Source: Gemmatimonadota bacterium (GTDB lineage: Bacteria; Gemmatimonadota; Gemmatimonadetes; Gemmatimonadales; GWC2-71-9). From it: a stretch of DNA of 64,000 bases. The DNA is taken from the NCBI GenBank assembly GCA_039588295.1, contig JBDHAB010000007.1, positions 128,001 through 192,000 of the forward strand. Direction: 5' to 3'. Below are positions 39,476 to 47,541 of the stretch, in pieces. How positions within the stretch are numbered: position 1 is the first letter of the stretch; each line of letters starts with the position of its first letter. The position numbers and the translations under genes are program-made. A model generated the notes under the pieces. That model was given only the letters and a program-made list of their open reading frames with translations. It did no database searches and was not told the origin of the DNA.

Positions 39476-40494
39476 GCGTTCGCACGAAGGCGCCAATGCG
39501 GATCGACTTCGCCGGCGGTTGGACGGATACGCCGCAGTACGCGGATCGGGTGGGTGGTGTGGTCGTCAACGGCGCGATCTCACTCCACGTTCGGGTTGAT
39601 TTTCTCTTGGGCGACCGGCGGATTCGTCTGCGTGCGGAGGATCTCGGCGAACGGGCGTCGTTTGCGTCCTCCGGTTCGATGAAATACGACGGCAATCTGG
39701 ACCTGCACAAGGCCGCGCTGAACATGTTCCCGGTGACTGGTGGGATCGAGATCCTATCACGGTCGGATGCCCCAAGTGGCTCCGGGCTTGGTGCGTCCGG
39801 CGCGCTGGACGTTGCGCTATTGGCGGGTCTCGCGCGTTGTCGGCAGGAGGACTACTCAGCGGAAGAGCTCGCCGAGCTCGGGTTCGAGCTGGAGACTCGG
39901 GAACTCCAACTGCTCGGCGGACGGCAGGATCAGTACGCGGCGGCCTTGGGCGGGTTCCATCAGTTCGCGTTCTCCGCCGACGGGATCGAGGCACGCCGGC
40001 TTCAAGTCGATGCCGAAGCGGCCCGCGATCTCGCCGATCATCTCGTCCTCGCCTATACCGGTCATTCCCATTTTTCGTCCGCGACTCACCAGCGGGTCTG
40101 GTCGGCGTTCGAAAGTGGGGACCAAGTGGTGACCGAGGCCCTGCACGCGATCCGCGAGCTGGCGCCGTCGGCGAAGAGTGCGTTGGAGGCCGGGAACTGG
40201 CGGGATCTGGCGAAGGTCGTCAGCGAGAATTGGGGCCAGCAACAACGCCTCGACGCGACCATCGCAACAGAGAGCACGCGTCGAATCGAACGGGCGGTAG
40301 TTGCGGCCGGGGCGTGGGGTCTCAAGGCCACCGGTGCGGGTGCCGGCGGATGCGTGACGATTCTCTGTCCACCCACGGGACGAGTCGAGGTCGTCCGGGC
40401 GGCCGAGGCGACGGGCGCCACGATTCTCGACGTCGAGTTCGTGCCGGAGGGCGTGGAGGTGCGGGAGGAAGAGGATGCTCTGCGTTCCGAGTGA
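39472..40494 (+). CDS. GHMP-family sugar kinase (HddA / fucokinase / glucuronokinase-like)
   Basis: APMRIDFAGGWTD, PSGSGLGASG, GGRQDQY and KATGAGAGG. Confidence 0.88.
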   Translation: MSVRTKAPMRIDFAGGWTDTPQYADRVGGVVVNGAISLHVRVDFLLGDRRIRLRAEDLGERASFASSGSMKYDGNLDLHKAALNMFPVTGGIEILSRSDAPSGSGLGASGALDVALLAGLARCRQEDYSAEELAELGFELETRELQLLGGRQDQYAAALGGFHQFAFSADGIEARRLQVDAEAARDLADHLVLAYTGHSHFSSATHQRVWSAFESGDQVVTEALHAIRELAPSAKSALEAGNWRDLAKVVSENWGQQQRLDATIATESTRRIERAVVAAGAWGLKATGAGAGGCVTILCPPTGRVEVVRAAEATGATILDVEFVPEGVEVREEEDALRSE

Positions 40495-43207
40495 GGAACT
40501 CGCCGCCCGGCGAGAAGCCGTTACGCAGGATCCCACGCTTGCGGCGCTGGCCGCCCGCCTTCGGCGGCTGCTAGAGCCCATGCTCACCGGATCGATCTAC
40601 ATGCCGGAAGAGAAGGCGCTTCTGTCCCGAGACGGAGGCATCTGTCCCACCGACGGCGCTCGATTGACGTTCGATCCGCTACATCGCGACGATCATGCCT
40701 GCCCCCAGTGTGGCGCGGTGCTGGAAGGAGAGCGGCACCGTCGGGCGTGGATTTGGCGGTATCATCTGTGGCTGTCCGAGCGGGCGATTCATCTCGGGCT
40801 GCTCTCGCACCTGCTGGGCCAGCCGGCATTGCGTATGCGTGCCAAAGAGATCTTGCAGCGGTATGCCGCCGTCTACCCGACGATCCCCAATCGCGACAAT
40901 GTCTTGGGACCGACCCGCCTGTTCTTCTCGACATATCTGGAGTCGCTCTGGCTCACGCAGATGGTGATTGCGGCATCGCTGATCGACGAAGACGAGGATC
41001 GACGTGACTTCCGGTCGATGGTCGAAGAGTCGGCTGCGCTGATCGCCTCGTTCGACGAGGCGTGGTCCAACCGGCAGGTGTGGAACAACGCGGCGCTGGT
41101 GGCCGCGGGACACTTCCTCGGGAGGGAAGATCTCGTGCGTCTCGGCGTCGAGGGGCGTCATGGGCTGCGGGCGCAGCTGCAGCACGCCGTCACTGACGAC
41201 GGACTGTGGTTTGAAGGGGAGAACTACCACTTCTTTGCGCTCCGCGGTCTTCTCCTCGGCGGCGAGATTCTTCGGGCAGCCGGCGTCGACCTCTACGCCG
41301 ACCCCGAGCTTGGTCCCCGACTGGGTGCGATGTATCGAGCGCCGCTCGACACCGCGCTGCCGGACCTCAGCTTGCCGGCTCGGGGGGACGCACCGTACGG
41401 CGTGAGCCTGAGACAGCCCCGGTTCGCCGACCTCTGGGAAATCGCCCGTGTGCGGGCGCCGCACGCACGCGTCGACGCGATGCTGTCGGTCCTGTACGCC
41501 CTCGATGGGGCGGAGCCGGACGATGTCGGGTTCGCCGAGATCGCCGAGCAGGAACAGAACCGACCACCCATGCGGCTGTCGCGGGAACGGCTGGGGTGGA
41601 AAGCGTTGCTCTGGATGTGCTCCGATCCTCCGCCGGGTGCGTCGACCGTTTGGCACCAAGGTTCACGGGTCTTGCCGGACGCTGGTGTGGCCGTGCTTCG
41701 GGACGGGTCCGGCAGCTACGCGAGCCTCGAGTGCGGTGGGCGGCCCGGTGGGCACGGCCATCCCGACCTGCTCCATCTGACGCTGTTTCACGAACGCTTG
41801 GTCTTGGGCGACTTTGGCACGGGTTCTTATGTCAATCCGTCGCTCCACTGGTATCGATCGACGCTGGCACACAACGCACCGGGCGTGGCCGGAAGCGGGC
41901 AATGGGCCAGGGCGGGATACTGTGCCGCGTTTGCCAGCGGTGACAGATGGCAGTGGTGCCGAGTGGCGGCGCAGGACGTCTTCGGACCGGAAACGACGGG
42001 GACGCGCACAGTGGTGCTGGGGCCCGACTATGCCTTCGACGCGGTCGACGTTGAGGTCCCGTCCGACGTCGTGGTGGATCTTCCGATCCATCCGCTGGGA
42101 GGGGTGGAGATCCCGGGAGATGCCGTACGGCTCGACGGAGGTGGAGCGGGCCACGCGTTCTCGGGTCTCGTCGCCGTCCACGCCGTGCCGGAGCTGCCGG
42201 CCCGTGTTCCGCTGGTGACTCCCGGCCGCGGGTGCGCCATGCTTCCCGTGCCACGGCCTGGCGAAGCCTTACTCCTTGCCACGGCGCCGGGTCCGCCCGA
42301 TCTGCAGATGGCTGATGGCAAGGCCCTCACGTTTCTCGTGCGGCGTGCGCGCGGACGCGGGCGCTGGATGCAGGTCTACGAACTGAGGCCTGGCGCTGTC
42401 GAGGCGGTCCATGCTGATCGTGAGGGAGTGCGGATCGATCTGGCGGACGGCTCCGCCGAGCAGATCAAGTTGGATGCGCGCTCCGCGCGAGTGGTCGACC
42501 GGACCGGCAACACGATCGAGCTGACCGGCGCCGTGCCGACACCCCGATCCCCGGGTCGCAAGCGTGCAGTCCCGGAAGTAGTCGTGCCCGCGCCGCTCCT
42601 CGAGACCACCCCCACGCCGGAGGACTGGCCCCGGGCGGTGCCGGCCGCCGCGGTCCGCTCGCTCGGTGCCCAGCAGTACCGGCGTTCCGAGTTGACGCAC
42701 GAAGCAGCCGGAGGTATTCACGCGCGGGTTGCCCTGTTCGCCACCGGCAGTCGGGTGGGAGTCGCGGTGCTGGTGGAGAAACGGGATCTGTGCTTCCATG
42801 ATCCCGACGCGCCCGGACCGGAGTTGGACAACGAGGCGCCCGACATTCACTCCGACGGGATACAGTGGTACCTAGGCATCGACGGATGGCAGGGATTCGT
42901 GGTAGTGCCGGATCCGACCGATCGTGCGACGCACGTCCGGGTTGTCTCGGGCACCAGCATGGAGGCGACCGACATCGACGCGTGCTGGGGTCGGACACGC
43001 GGCGGCTACAGTTTGGTCGCAACGGTAGAAACCCATCAGCAGCTTGCAGCAGGCGACCGGATTCCGATGAACGTCGTGGTCAACGAGATGTACCCTGATC
43101 GAGCGCGTCGCGCGGGACAGCTGGCGCTCACCGGCGGTGGCGGATGGGTCTATCTGCGAGGTGACCGTGAATCGCCGTCGAATGCCGTCGTGGCGGAGGT
43201 GACGTGA
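40475..43207 (+). CDS. Heparinase II/III-like polysaccharide lyase-fold protein (cytoplasmic) with C-terminal sugar-binding-like domain
   Basis: DGLWFEGENYH, GHGHPDLLH, DFGTGSY and WYRSTLAHN. N-terminal Cys cluster; no signal peptide. Confidence 0.8.
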   Translation: MLCVPSEELAARREAVTQDPTLAALAARLRRLLEPMLTGSIYMPEEKALLSRDGGICPTDGARLTFDPLHRDDHACPQCGAVLEGERHRRAWIWRYHLWLSERAIHLGLLSHLLGQPALRMRAKEILQRYAAVYPTIPNRDNVLGPTRLFFSTYLESLWLTQMVIAASLIDEDEDRRDFRSMVEESAALIASFDEAWSNRQVWNNAALVAAGHFLGREDLVRLGVEGRHGLRAQLQHAVTDDGLWFEGENYHFFALRGLLLGGEILRAAGVDLYADPELGPRLGAMYRAPLDTALPDLSLPARGDAPYGVSLRQPRFADLWEIARVRAPHARVDAMLSVLYALDGAEPDDVGFAEIAEQEQNRPPMRLSRERLGWKALLWMCSDPPPGASTVWHQGSRVLPDAGVAVLRDGSGSYASLECGGRPGGHGHPDLLHLTLFHERLVLGDFGTGSYVNPSLHWYRSTLAHNAPGVAGSGQWARAGYCAAFASGDRWQWCRVAAQDVFGPETTGTRTVVLGPDYAFDAVDVEVPSDVVVDLPIHPLGGVEIPGDAVRLDGGGAGHAFSGLVAVHAVPELPARVPLVTPGRGCAMLPVPRPGEALLLATAPGPPDLQMADGKALTFLVRRARGRGRWMQVYELRPGAVEAVHADREGVRIDLADGSAEQIKLDARSARVVDRTGNTIELTGAVPTPRSPGRKRAVPEVVVPAPLLETTPTPEDWPRAVPAAAVRSLGAQQYRRSELTHEAAGGIHARVALFATGSRVGVAVLVEKRDLCFHDPDAPGPELDNEAPDIHSDGIQWYLGIDGWQGFVVVPDPTDRATHVRVVSGTSMEATDIDACWGRTRGGYSLVATVETHQQLAAGDRIPMNVVVNEMYPDRARRAGQLALTGGGGWVYLRGDRESPSNAVVAEVT

Positions 43208-43929
43208 GTCTCGCGGTCGTGTTGGTGCGGACGCAGGACCTCGTGAACATTGCGGGGGTTGTGCGCTCCATGAAGAACTTCGAGCTCCGCGACCTTCGGC
43301 TGGTGCAGCCGGAGGAGTTCGATCCCGTCCGGATCCAGGGCATTGCCCACCAGTCGGGTGATCTGCTCAAGCGGGTCCGGATGTTCGACGGTCTGGAGAG
43401 CGCCCTGGCCGACTGCACTCATGTGGCGGGTATGACGGCGCGGGAGCGGACGGCCAAGCGAAACCTGCAGCGGCCGCGCGAGGCGGCGCCCGAGCTCCTT
43501 GCAACCGCGAGGGCCGGCACCGCCGCCCTCGTCCTGGGGCCGGAAGACCGCGGTCTCACCAACGAAGAGCTGGATCGCTGCCACCGCAGCATCGTGATCC
43601 CGGCCAATCCCGATCACTCCTCGTTGAACCTGGCGCAGGCGTTCACGGTCATGGCCTATGAGCTCTATGTGGCGCGCGGCACGCGACATTTCAAAGCGTC
43701 CCGCCGAGAGGCGCAACCGGCAACCGCGGCGCAACTCGAGCAGCTCTTCGCGAGTGCCGAAGAGGCGCTTCGCGCCATCGAGTTCTTCAAGACGCACACG
43801 ACGGCGAGCATCATGCGAACGGTCCGCGAGGTCGTGCATCGCACGCCGGTGGACGCGCGCGAGGCGAAGCTCTTTCAGGCGATGTGTTACGAGGTGGTGC
43901 ACTACCTCGACCGGAGGGGCGTGCGGTGA
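43204..43929 (+). CDS. trmJ: SPOUT RNA methyltransferase, TrmJ/LasT family
   Basis: VNIAGVVRSMKNF, LGPEDRGLTNEEL, IPANPDHSSLNLAQA and a C-terminal helical domain. Confidence 0.85.
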   Translation: MSLAVVLVRTQDLVNIAGVVRSMKNFELRDLRLVQPEEFDPVRIQGIAHQSGDLLKRVRMFDGLESALADCTHVAGMTARERTAKRNLQRPREAAPELLATARAGTAALVLGPEDRGLTNEELDRCHRSIVIPANPDHSSLNLAQAFTVMAYELYVARGTRHFKASRREAQPATAAQLEQLFASAEEALRAIEFFKTHTTASIMRTVREVVHRTPVDAREAKLFQAMCYEVVHYLDRRGVR

Positions 43930-45080
43930 GCATCCCCGGATTCACCTCCACGGGCAGCAAGCAACCGAAGGCGTTGTTTGGATCAGCGGACGGTGTACCC
44001 GTGCGGGTCGTGCGCGCGAACGGTTGTCGAGTGTGGGATGCCAGTGGCCGGGAGTATCTCGATACGATCATGGCCCTGGGTGCTGTGGCGCTGGGGTACG
44101 CGCACCCTTCCGTGGTTGAGGCTGTTGAACGTGCGGCACGGGCCGGCGCCGTCGGCTCGCTCGCTCCGGTCCTGGAAGCAGACGTGGCGGAACAGCTGTG
44201 CGCGATCTTGCCGGGTGGGGAAGCGGTTCGATTCTTCAAGACCGGTGCCGAGGCCGTCGCGGCAGCCGTTCGTGTCTCACGGGTCGTGACGGGCCGCGAT
44301 CGGGTACTTTCCTGCGGGTATCACGGGTGGCTCGACTGGTGTCAGGATGGCCCTGGGGTTCCCGCGGCGGTGCGGGGACTTCGACAGGAGATCGAGTTCA
44401 ACAACCTTGCGTCGCTCCGTGGAGCGTTCGAGTCAGGGGCAGATGTTGCCGCGATTGTGATCGAGCCGGTGATCGACGGTCCGCCGACCATGGAATGGCT
44501 CCGTGCGGTGCGAGAGCAGGCCACCGCGCGCGGTGCCGTGCTCGTGTTCGACGAGATCAAGACGGCGTTTCGTATCGCCGTCGGAGGGGCTGCCGAACGC
44601 TGGGGCGTCGTGCCGGACCTTCTCGTCGTGGGCAAGGCTTTGGGGAACGGGCTACCGATCGCGGCGGTGTGCGGTGATCGAAATGTTATGGACGGCTTCA
44701 ACCGAACGTGGGTGTCCTCGACCCTCGCCACGGAGTTCGTGAGTCTCGCAGCCGCTGAGGCGGTGCTTCGGCTATTCACCGGCGAACCCGTTGTGGCGCA
44801 CCTGGAGCGAGCGGGGACGGCGTTCCTCGCCGGACTTCAGCGCCTCGCTGAGCGCCACTCGGCGCTCGTCGTTGGCGTGCGCGGCGTGCCGCAGATGTGT
44901 CACGTCGAGTTCGCGAGCGATCGGATCTCGCAGTTGGTGGCGCGTGGGGCCGCCGACCGAGGGCTACTTTTCAAGCGCTCAGCGTACAACTTCATATCGC
45001 TCGCTCACACCTTGGAGGACGTAGACGACGTGCTGCATCGCCTGAACGAGTCGCTGCAGGAGGTGGAACAGCGATGCTGA
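43926..45080 (+). CDS. Class III PLP aminotransferase (GSA-aminomutase-like)
   Basis: GCRVWDASGREYLD, FFKTGAEA, GYHGW, IEP, FDEIKTAFR and PLP lysine in GKALGNG. Confidence 0.9.
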   Translation: MSIPGFTSTGSKQPKALFGSADGVPVRVVRANGCRVWDASGREYLDTIMALGAVALGYAHPSVVEAVERAARAGAVGSLAPVLEADVAEQLCAILPGGEAVRFFKTGAEAVAAAVRVSRVVTGRDRVLSCGYHGWLDWCQDGPGVPAAVRGLRQEIEFNNLASLRGAFESGADVAAIVIEPVIDGPPTMEWLRAVREQATARGAVLVFDEIKTAFRIAVGGAAERWGVVPDLLVVGKALGNGLPIAAVCGDRNVMDGFNRTWVSSTLATEFVSLAAAEAVLRLFTGEPVVAHLERAGTAFLAGLQRLAERHSALVVGVRGVPQMCHVEFASDRISQLVARGAADRGLLFKRSAYNFISLAHTLEDVDDVLHRLNESLQEVEQRC

Positions 45081-45871
45081 TAGATGTCCACGCGCACTTC
45101 TACACGGACCACTCCGGCCGCGCCGACTGGCGCCAGGTGAACCGTCGGCGCCTGGGGGCGGGTGAGCGGATCGGGATCACCGTTCATATCGGTTCGATCC
45201 TCGGGACCTATGGACATCGGTCGCCCACCTACCTGCCGTCGCTGGACGACGTGCGCCATGCCAATGACCGCATGCTGGAGATTCAGCAGGTCGTGCCGGG
45301 CAGGGTCTACGGGTACTGTGTGGTCAATCCGAACTACGGCACTGCGGCGCTCGAGGAAATCCGGCGCTGTCTTGACAGCGGGATGGTCGGTGTCAAGCTC
45401 GGTGCGAGCCGCCGCGCAAATGATGTGCTGGTGGATCCGATTGCGGAGCTGGCTGGGGAGCGTCACGTGCCGATCCTGCACCACATATGGCAACACCGGA
45501 GGCGGGACTGGCCGGGGCAGGAGGCGTCGGACGCGGCGGAGCTTGCCGTCCTCGCGCAGCGGCATCCCGAAACCCAGTTCATCCTCGCTCATCTCGGGGG
45601 CGGTGGCGCCTGGGCGCACTCGGTTCGCGCCGTGGAGGCACATCGGAACATCTGGGTCGACCTCTCGGGGAGTGGCGTCGACGTGGACATGCTTCATATG
45701 GCGCTCGAGACGTTGGGGCCCGGTCGCTTGCTCTGGGGCACCGACCTGACCATGGACACCGGCTGGGGCAAACTCCGGTACGTGGAGTCACTGGGCTTGC
45801 CGGATGACGAACTGGAGATGATCCGGTTTGCGAACGCGCGCCGGATCTTCCCATTGGGTGAGGCCACATGA
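45074..45871 (+). CDS. Amidohydrolase_2 family metallohydrolase
   Basis: IDVHAH, VGVKL, ILHH, ILAHLGGG and LLWGTD. Confidence 0.9.
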   Translation: MLIDVHAHFYTDHSGRADWRQVNRRRLGAGERIGITVHIGSILGTYGHRSPTYLPSLDDVRHANDRMLEIQQVVPGRVYGYCVVNPNYGTAALEEIRRCLDSGMVGVKLGASRRANDVLVDPIAELAGERHVPILHHIWQHRRRDWPGQEASDAAELAVLAQRHPETQFILAHLGGGGAWAHSVRAVEAHRNIWVDLSGSGVDVDMLHMALETLGPGRLLWGTDLTMDTGWGKLRYVESLGLPDDELEMIRFANARRIFPLGEAT

Positions 45872-46680
45872 GAGTCGTCGATGTCGCGGCGTTCATCGGG
45901 GCGTATCCGTTTCGGCATCTCGACCGTGCGGGGTCAACCGACTGGTTGCTCTCGCAAATGGATCGCCTGCATATCGATCGCGCGCTCGTGGGGTACCTGC
46001 CTTCGATTCTGCATCAGGATCCGGCACCTGGGAATCGCGTGTTGGCCAAGCTCACGGCGTCCTACGGCGACCGCCTTGCCCCAGTCCCGACCATCAATCC
46101 GGAGCAACCGCAGTGGCAAGACGACGTGAACTTGGCGCTGGAATCCCATGCGTCGGCGGTGCGATTGTTCCCGCAATACCAGGGAGTCGACCCGAGTGGT
46201 GATGCGATGCGTGTCGCAGTGGCGGCCGTCGCGGTTGCGGGACTGCCCATGGTGCTCACGGTGCGGCTGGAGGATCTGCGGCAGCGACACCCGCGGGACG
46301 TCACCAGCGATCTCACACCTGCGGCGATTCGGGGCCTCGTGCGCAGTGACGACGACGTTCGTCTGATCGTGACGCACGCTGACCGCGCGTTTGTGGAGGA
46401 GGTGCACTTCGGTCTCACGCCGGCAGAGGCCGACCGAATCCTCTGGGACATCTCATGGATGTGGGGCCCACCGGAGGACGATCTCACCCGGCTCATCGAA
46501 ACCGTCGGGCGTGAGCGGTTCGTGTTTGGCACCGGGATGCCGTTGCGCGTGGGTGATACGTCGATTGCCAAGCTGGATCTGGCGGAAATCACGGATGACG
46601 ACCGTCGCTCGATTCTCGGCGAGAACATCGAACGATGGCTGATTTCGTTGCCGAGTCGGGAGTTTCCTACGGACGCCTGA
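45868..46680 (+). CDS. Amidohydrolase_2-fold protein lacking the canonical metal ligands
   Basis: VDVAAFIGAYPFR replaces DxHxH, and RFVFGTGMP lacks the Asp of GTD. Confidence 0.8.
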   Translation: MRVVDVAAFIGAYPFRHLDRAGSTDWLLSQMDRLHIDRALVGYLPSILHQDPAPGNRVLAKLTASYGDRLAPVPTINPEQPQWQDDVNLALESHASAVRLFPQYQGVDPSGDAMRVAVAAVAVAGLPMVLTVRLEDLRQRHPRDVTSDLTPAAIRGLVRSDDDVRLIVTHADRAFVEEVHFGLTPAEADRILWDISWMWGPPEDDLTRLIETVGRERFVFGTGMPLRVGDTSIAKLDLAEITDDDRRSILGENIERWLISLPSREFPTDA

Positions 46681-46687
46681 GCGCACC

Positions 46688-46715
46688 CCGCTTTCGCGGC
46701 GAGCAGGCGGTTTTT
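46688..46715 (+). terminator. Probable intrinsic terminator of the sugar-processing operon
   Basis: CCGCTTTCGCGGCGAGCAGGCGG imperfect hairpin followed by TTTTT, just after the stop at 46680. Confidence 0.55.
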
Positions 46716-46732
46716 GTGACGTACGTGACCGG

Positions 46733-46760
46733 TTGTGCTGTGCCGACCTTCGACTATCTT
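46733..46760 (+). promoter_or_regulatory. Putative sigma70 promoter of the act operon
   Basis: TTGTGC-N16-TATCTT about 150 bp upstream of actA. Confidence 0.35.
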
Positions 46761-46906
46761 ATGAGCGGCCGCGCGGCCCCTCTCGGGGCAACACATCTCC
46801 GGTCAACCCACCGAGCGCGGCTTCAATTGCAGGTCAGTGTCGGGAGTGTCGCGACGGCGGCGATGGACATGGAACGGAGCGGTCTCGTGCCTCGTAACGG
46901 AGGATC

Positions 46907-47506
46907 ATGACAAAGCGCGCGCTCTTCGTGACCGGAACGCTCGTGGCGGCCGTTGCCAGCGTCTCCCTCCTCACCAGTCAATCCACCACGGCGCAGGGCC
47001 CGCAAGGGGACACGGCAGTTCCCTACGAAGCTCCTGTGGATATCGATACTGCCGGCCTTCCCGGTCCGAAACAACCGATTCTCTATCGGCATGACGTCCA
47101 CGCCGGCCAGTACGAAATGGACTGCCGCTACTGTCACTTTGCCGCCGAGGTCAGTCCGAGTCCCGCGTTACCCGCCGTCGCGACGTGCATGGGTTGCCAC
47201 ATCATTGCTGGTGCTGCAAACCCGGAGGTGCAGAAGCTTCGAGAGTACTGGAACGAGCGCCGACCCATCGAGTGGATCGAGGTGCACGAGATGGCGCCGT
47301 TCGTGCGCTTCCCGCACAACCGCCATGTGGTGTCCGACTCGGGCAGCTTCAAGGAGTTGGAGGTCGTCGAGAAGTGCGACGTCTGTCACGGGCCAATTCG
47401 GCGGATGCCACAGGTGTATCAGTTTGCCTCGCTCAAGATGGGCTGGTGCATCACGTGCCACGAGAAGGATCAGGTCTCGATCGACTGTACGCTGTGTCAC
47501 TACTAG
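46907..47506 (+). CDS. actA: Alternative complex III pentaheme cytochrome c subunit
   Basis: Five CxxCH motifs (CRYCH, CMGCH, CDVCH, CITCH, CTLCH), QPILYRHDVH and LKMGWC; RBS GGAGG. Confidence 0.92.
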   Translation: MTKRALFVTGTLVAAVASVSLLTSQSTTAQGPQGDTAVPYEAPVDIDTAGLPGPKQPILYRHDVHAGQYEMDCRYCHFAAEVSPSPALPAVATCMGCHIIAGAANPEVQKLREYWNERRPIEWIEVHEMAPFVRFPHNRHVVSDSGSFKELEVVEKCDVCHGPIRRMPQVYQFASLKMGWCITCHEKDQVSIDCTLCHY

Positions 47507-47541
47507 GCAAGGGAAGGCGGCGGCGTTGGAGCTGAGGACGG

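Noticed and set aside
39472..40494. Calling the kinase hddA of a GDP-heptose pathway
   Set aside because: No gmhA, gmhB or hddC genes are nearby, and the substrate cannot be assigned from motifs alone.
43926..45080. Calling the aminotransferase hemL
   Set aside because: It is shorter than HemL, lacks the PGGVNSPVR N-terminal motif (has PGFTSTGSK), and has no tetrapyrrole gene context.
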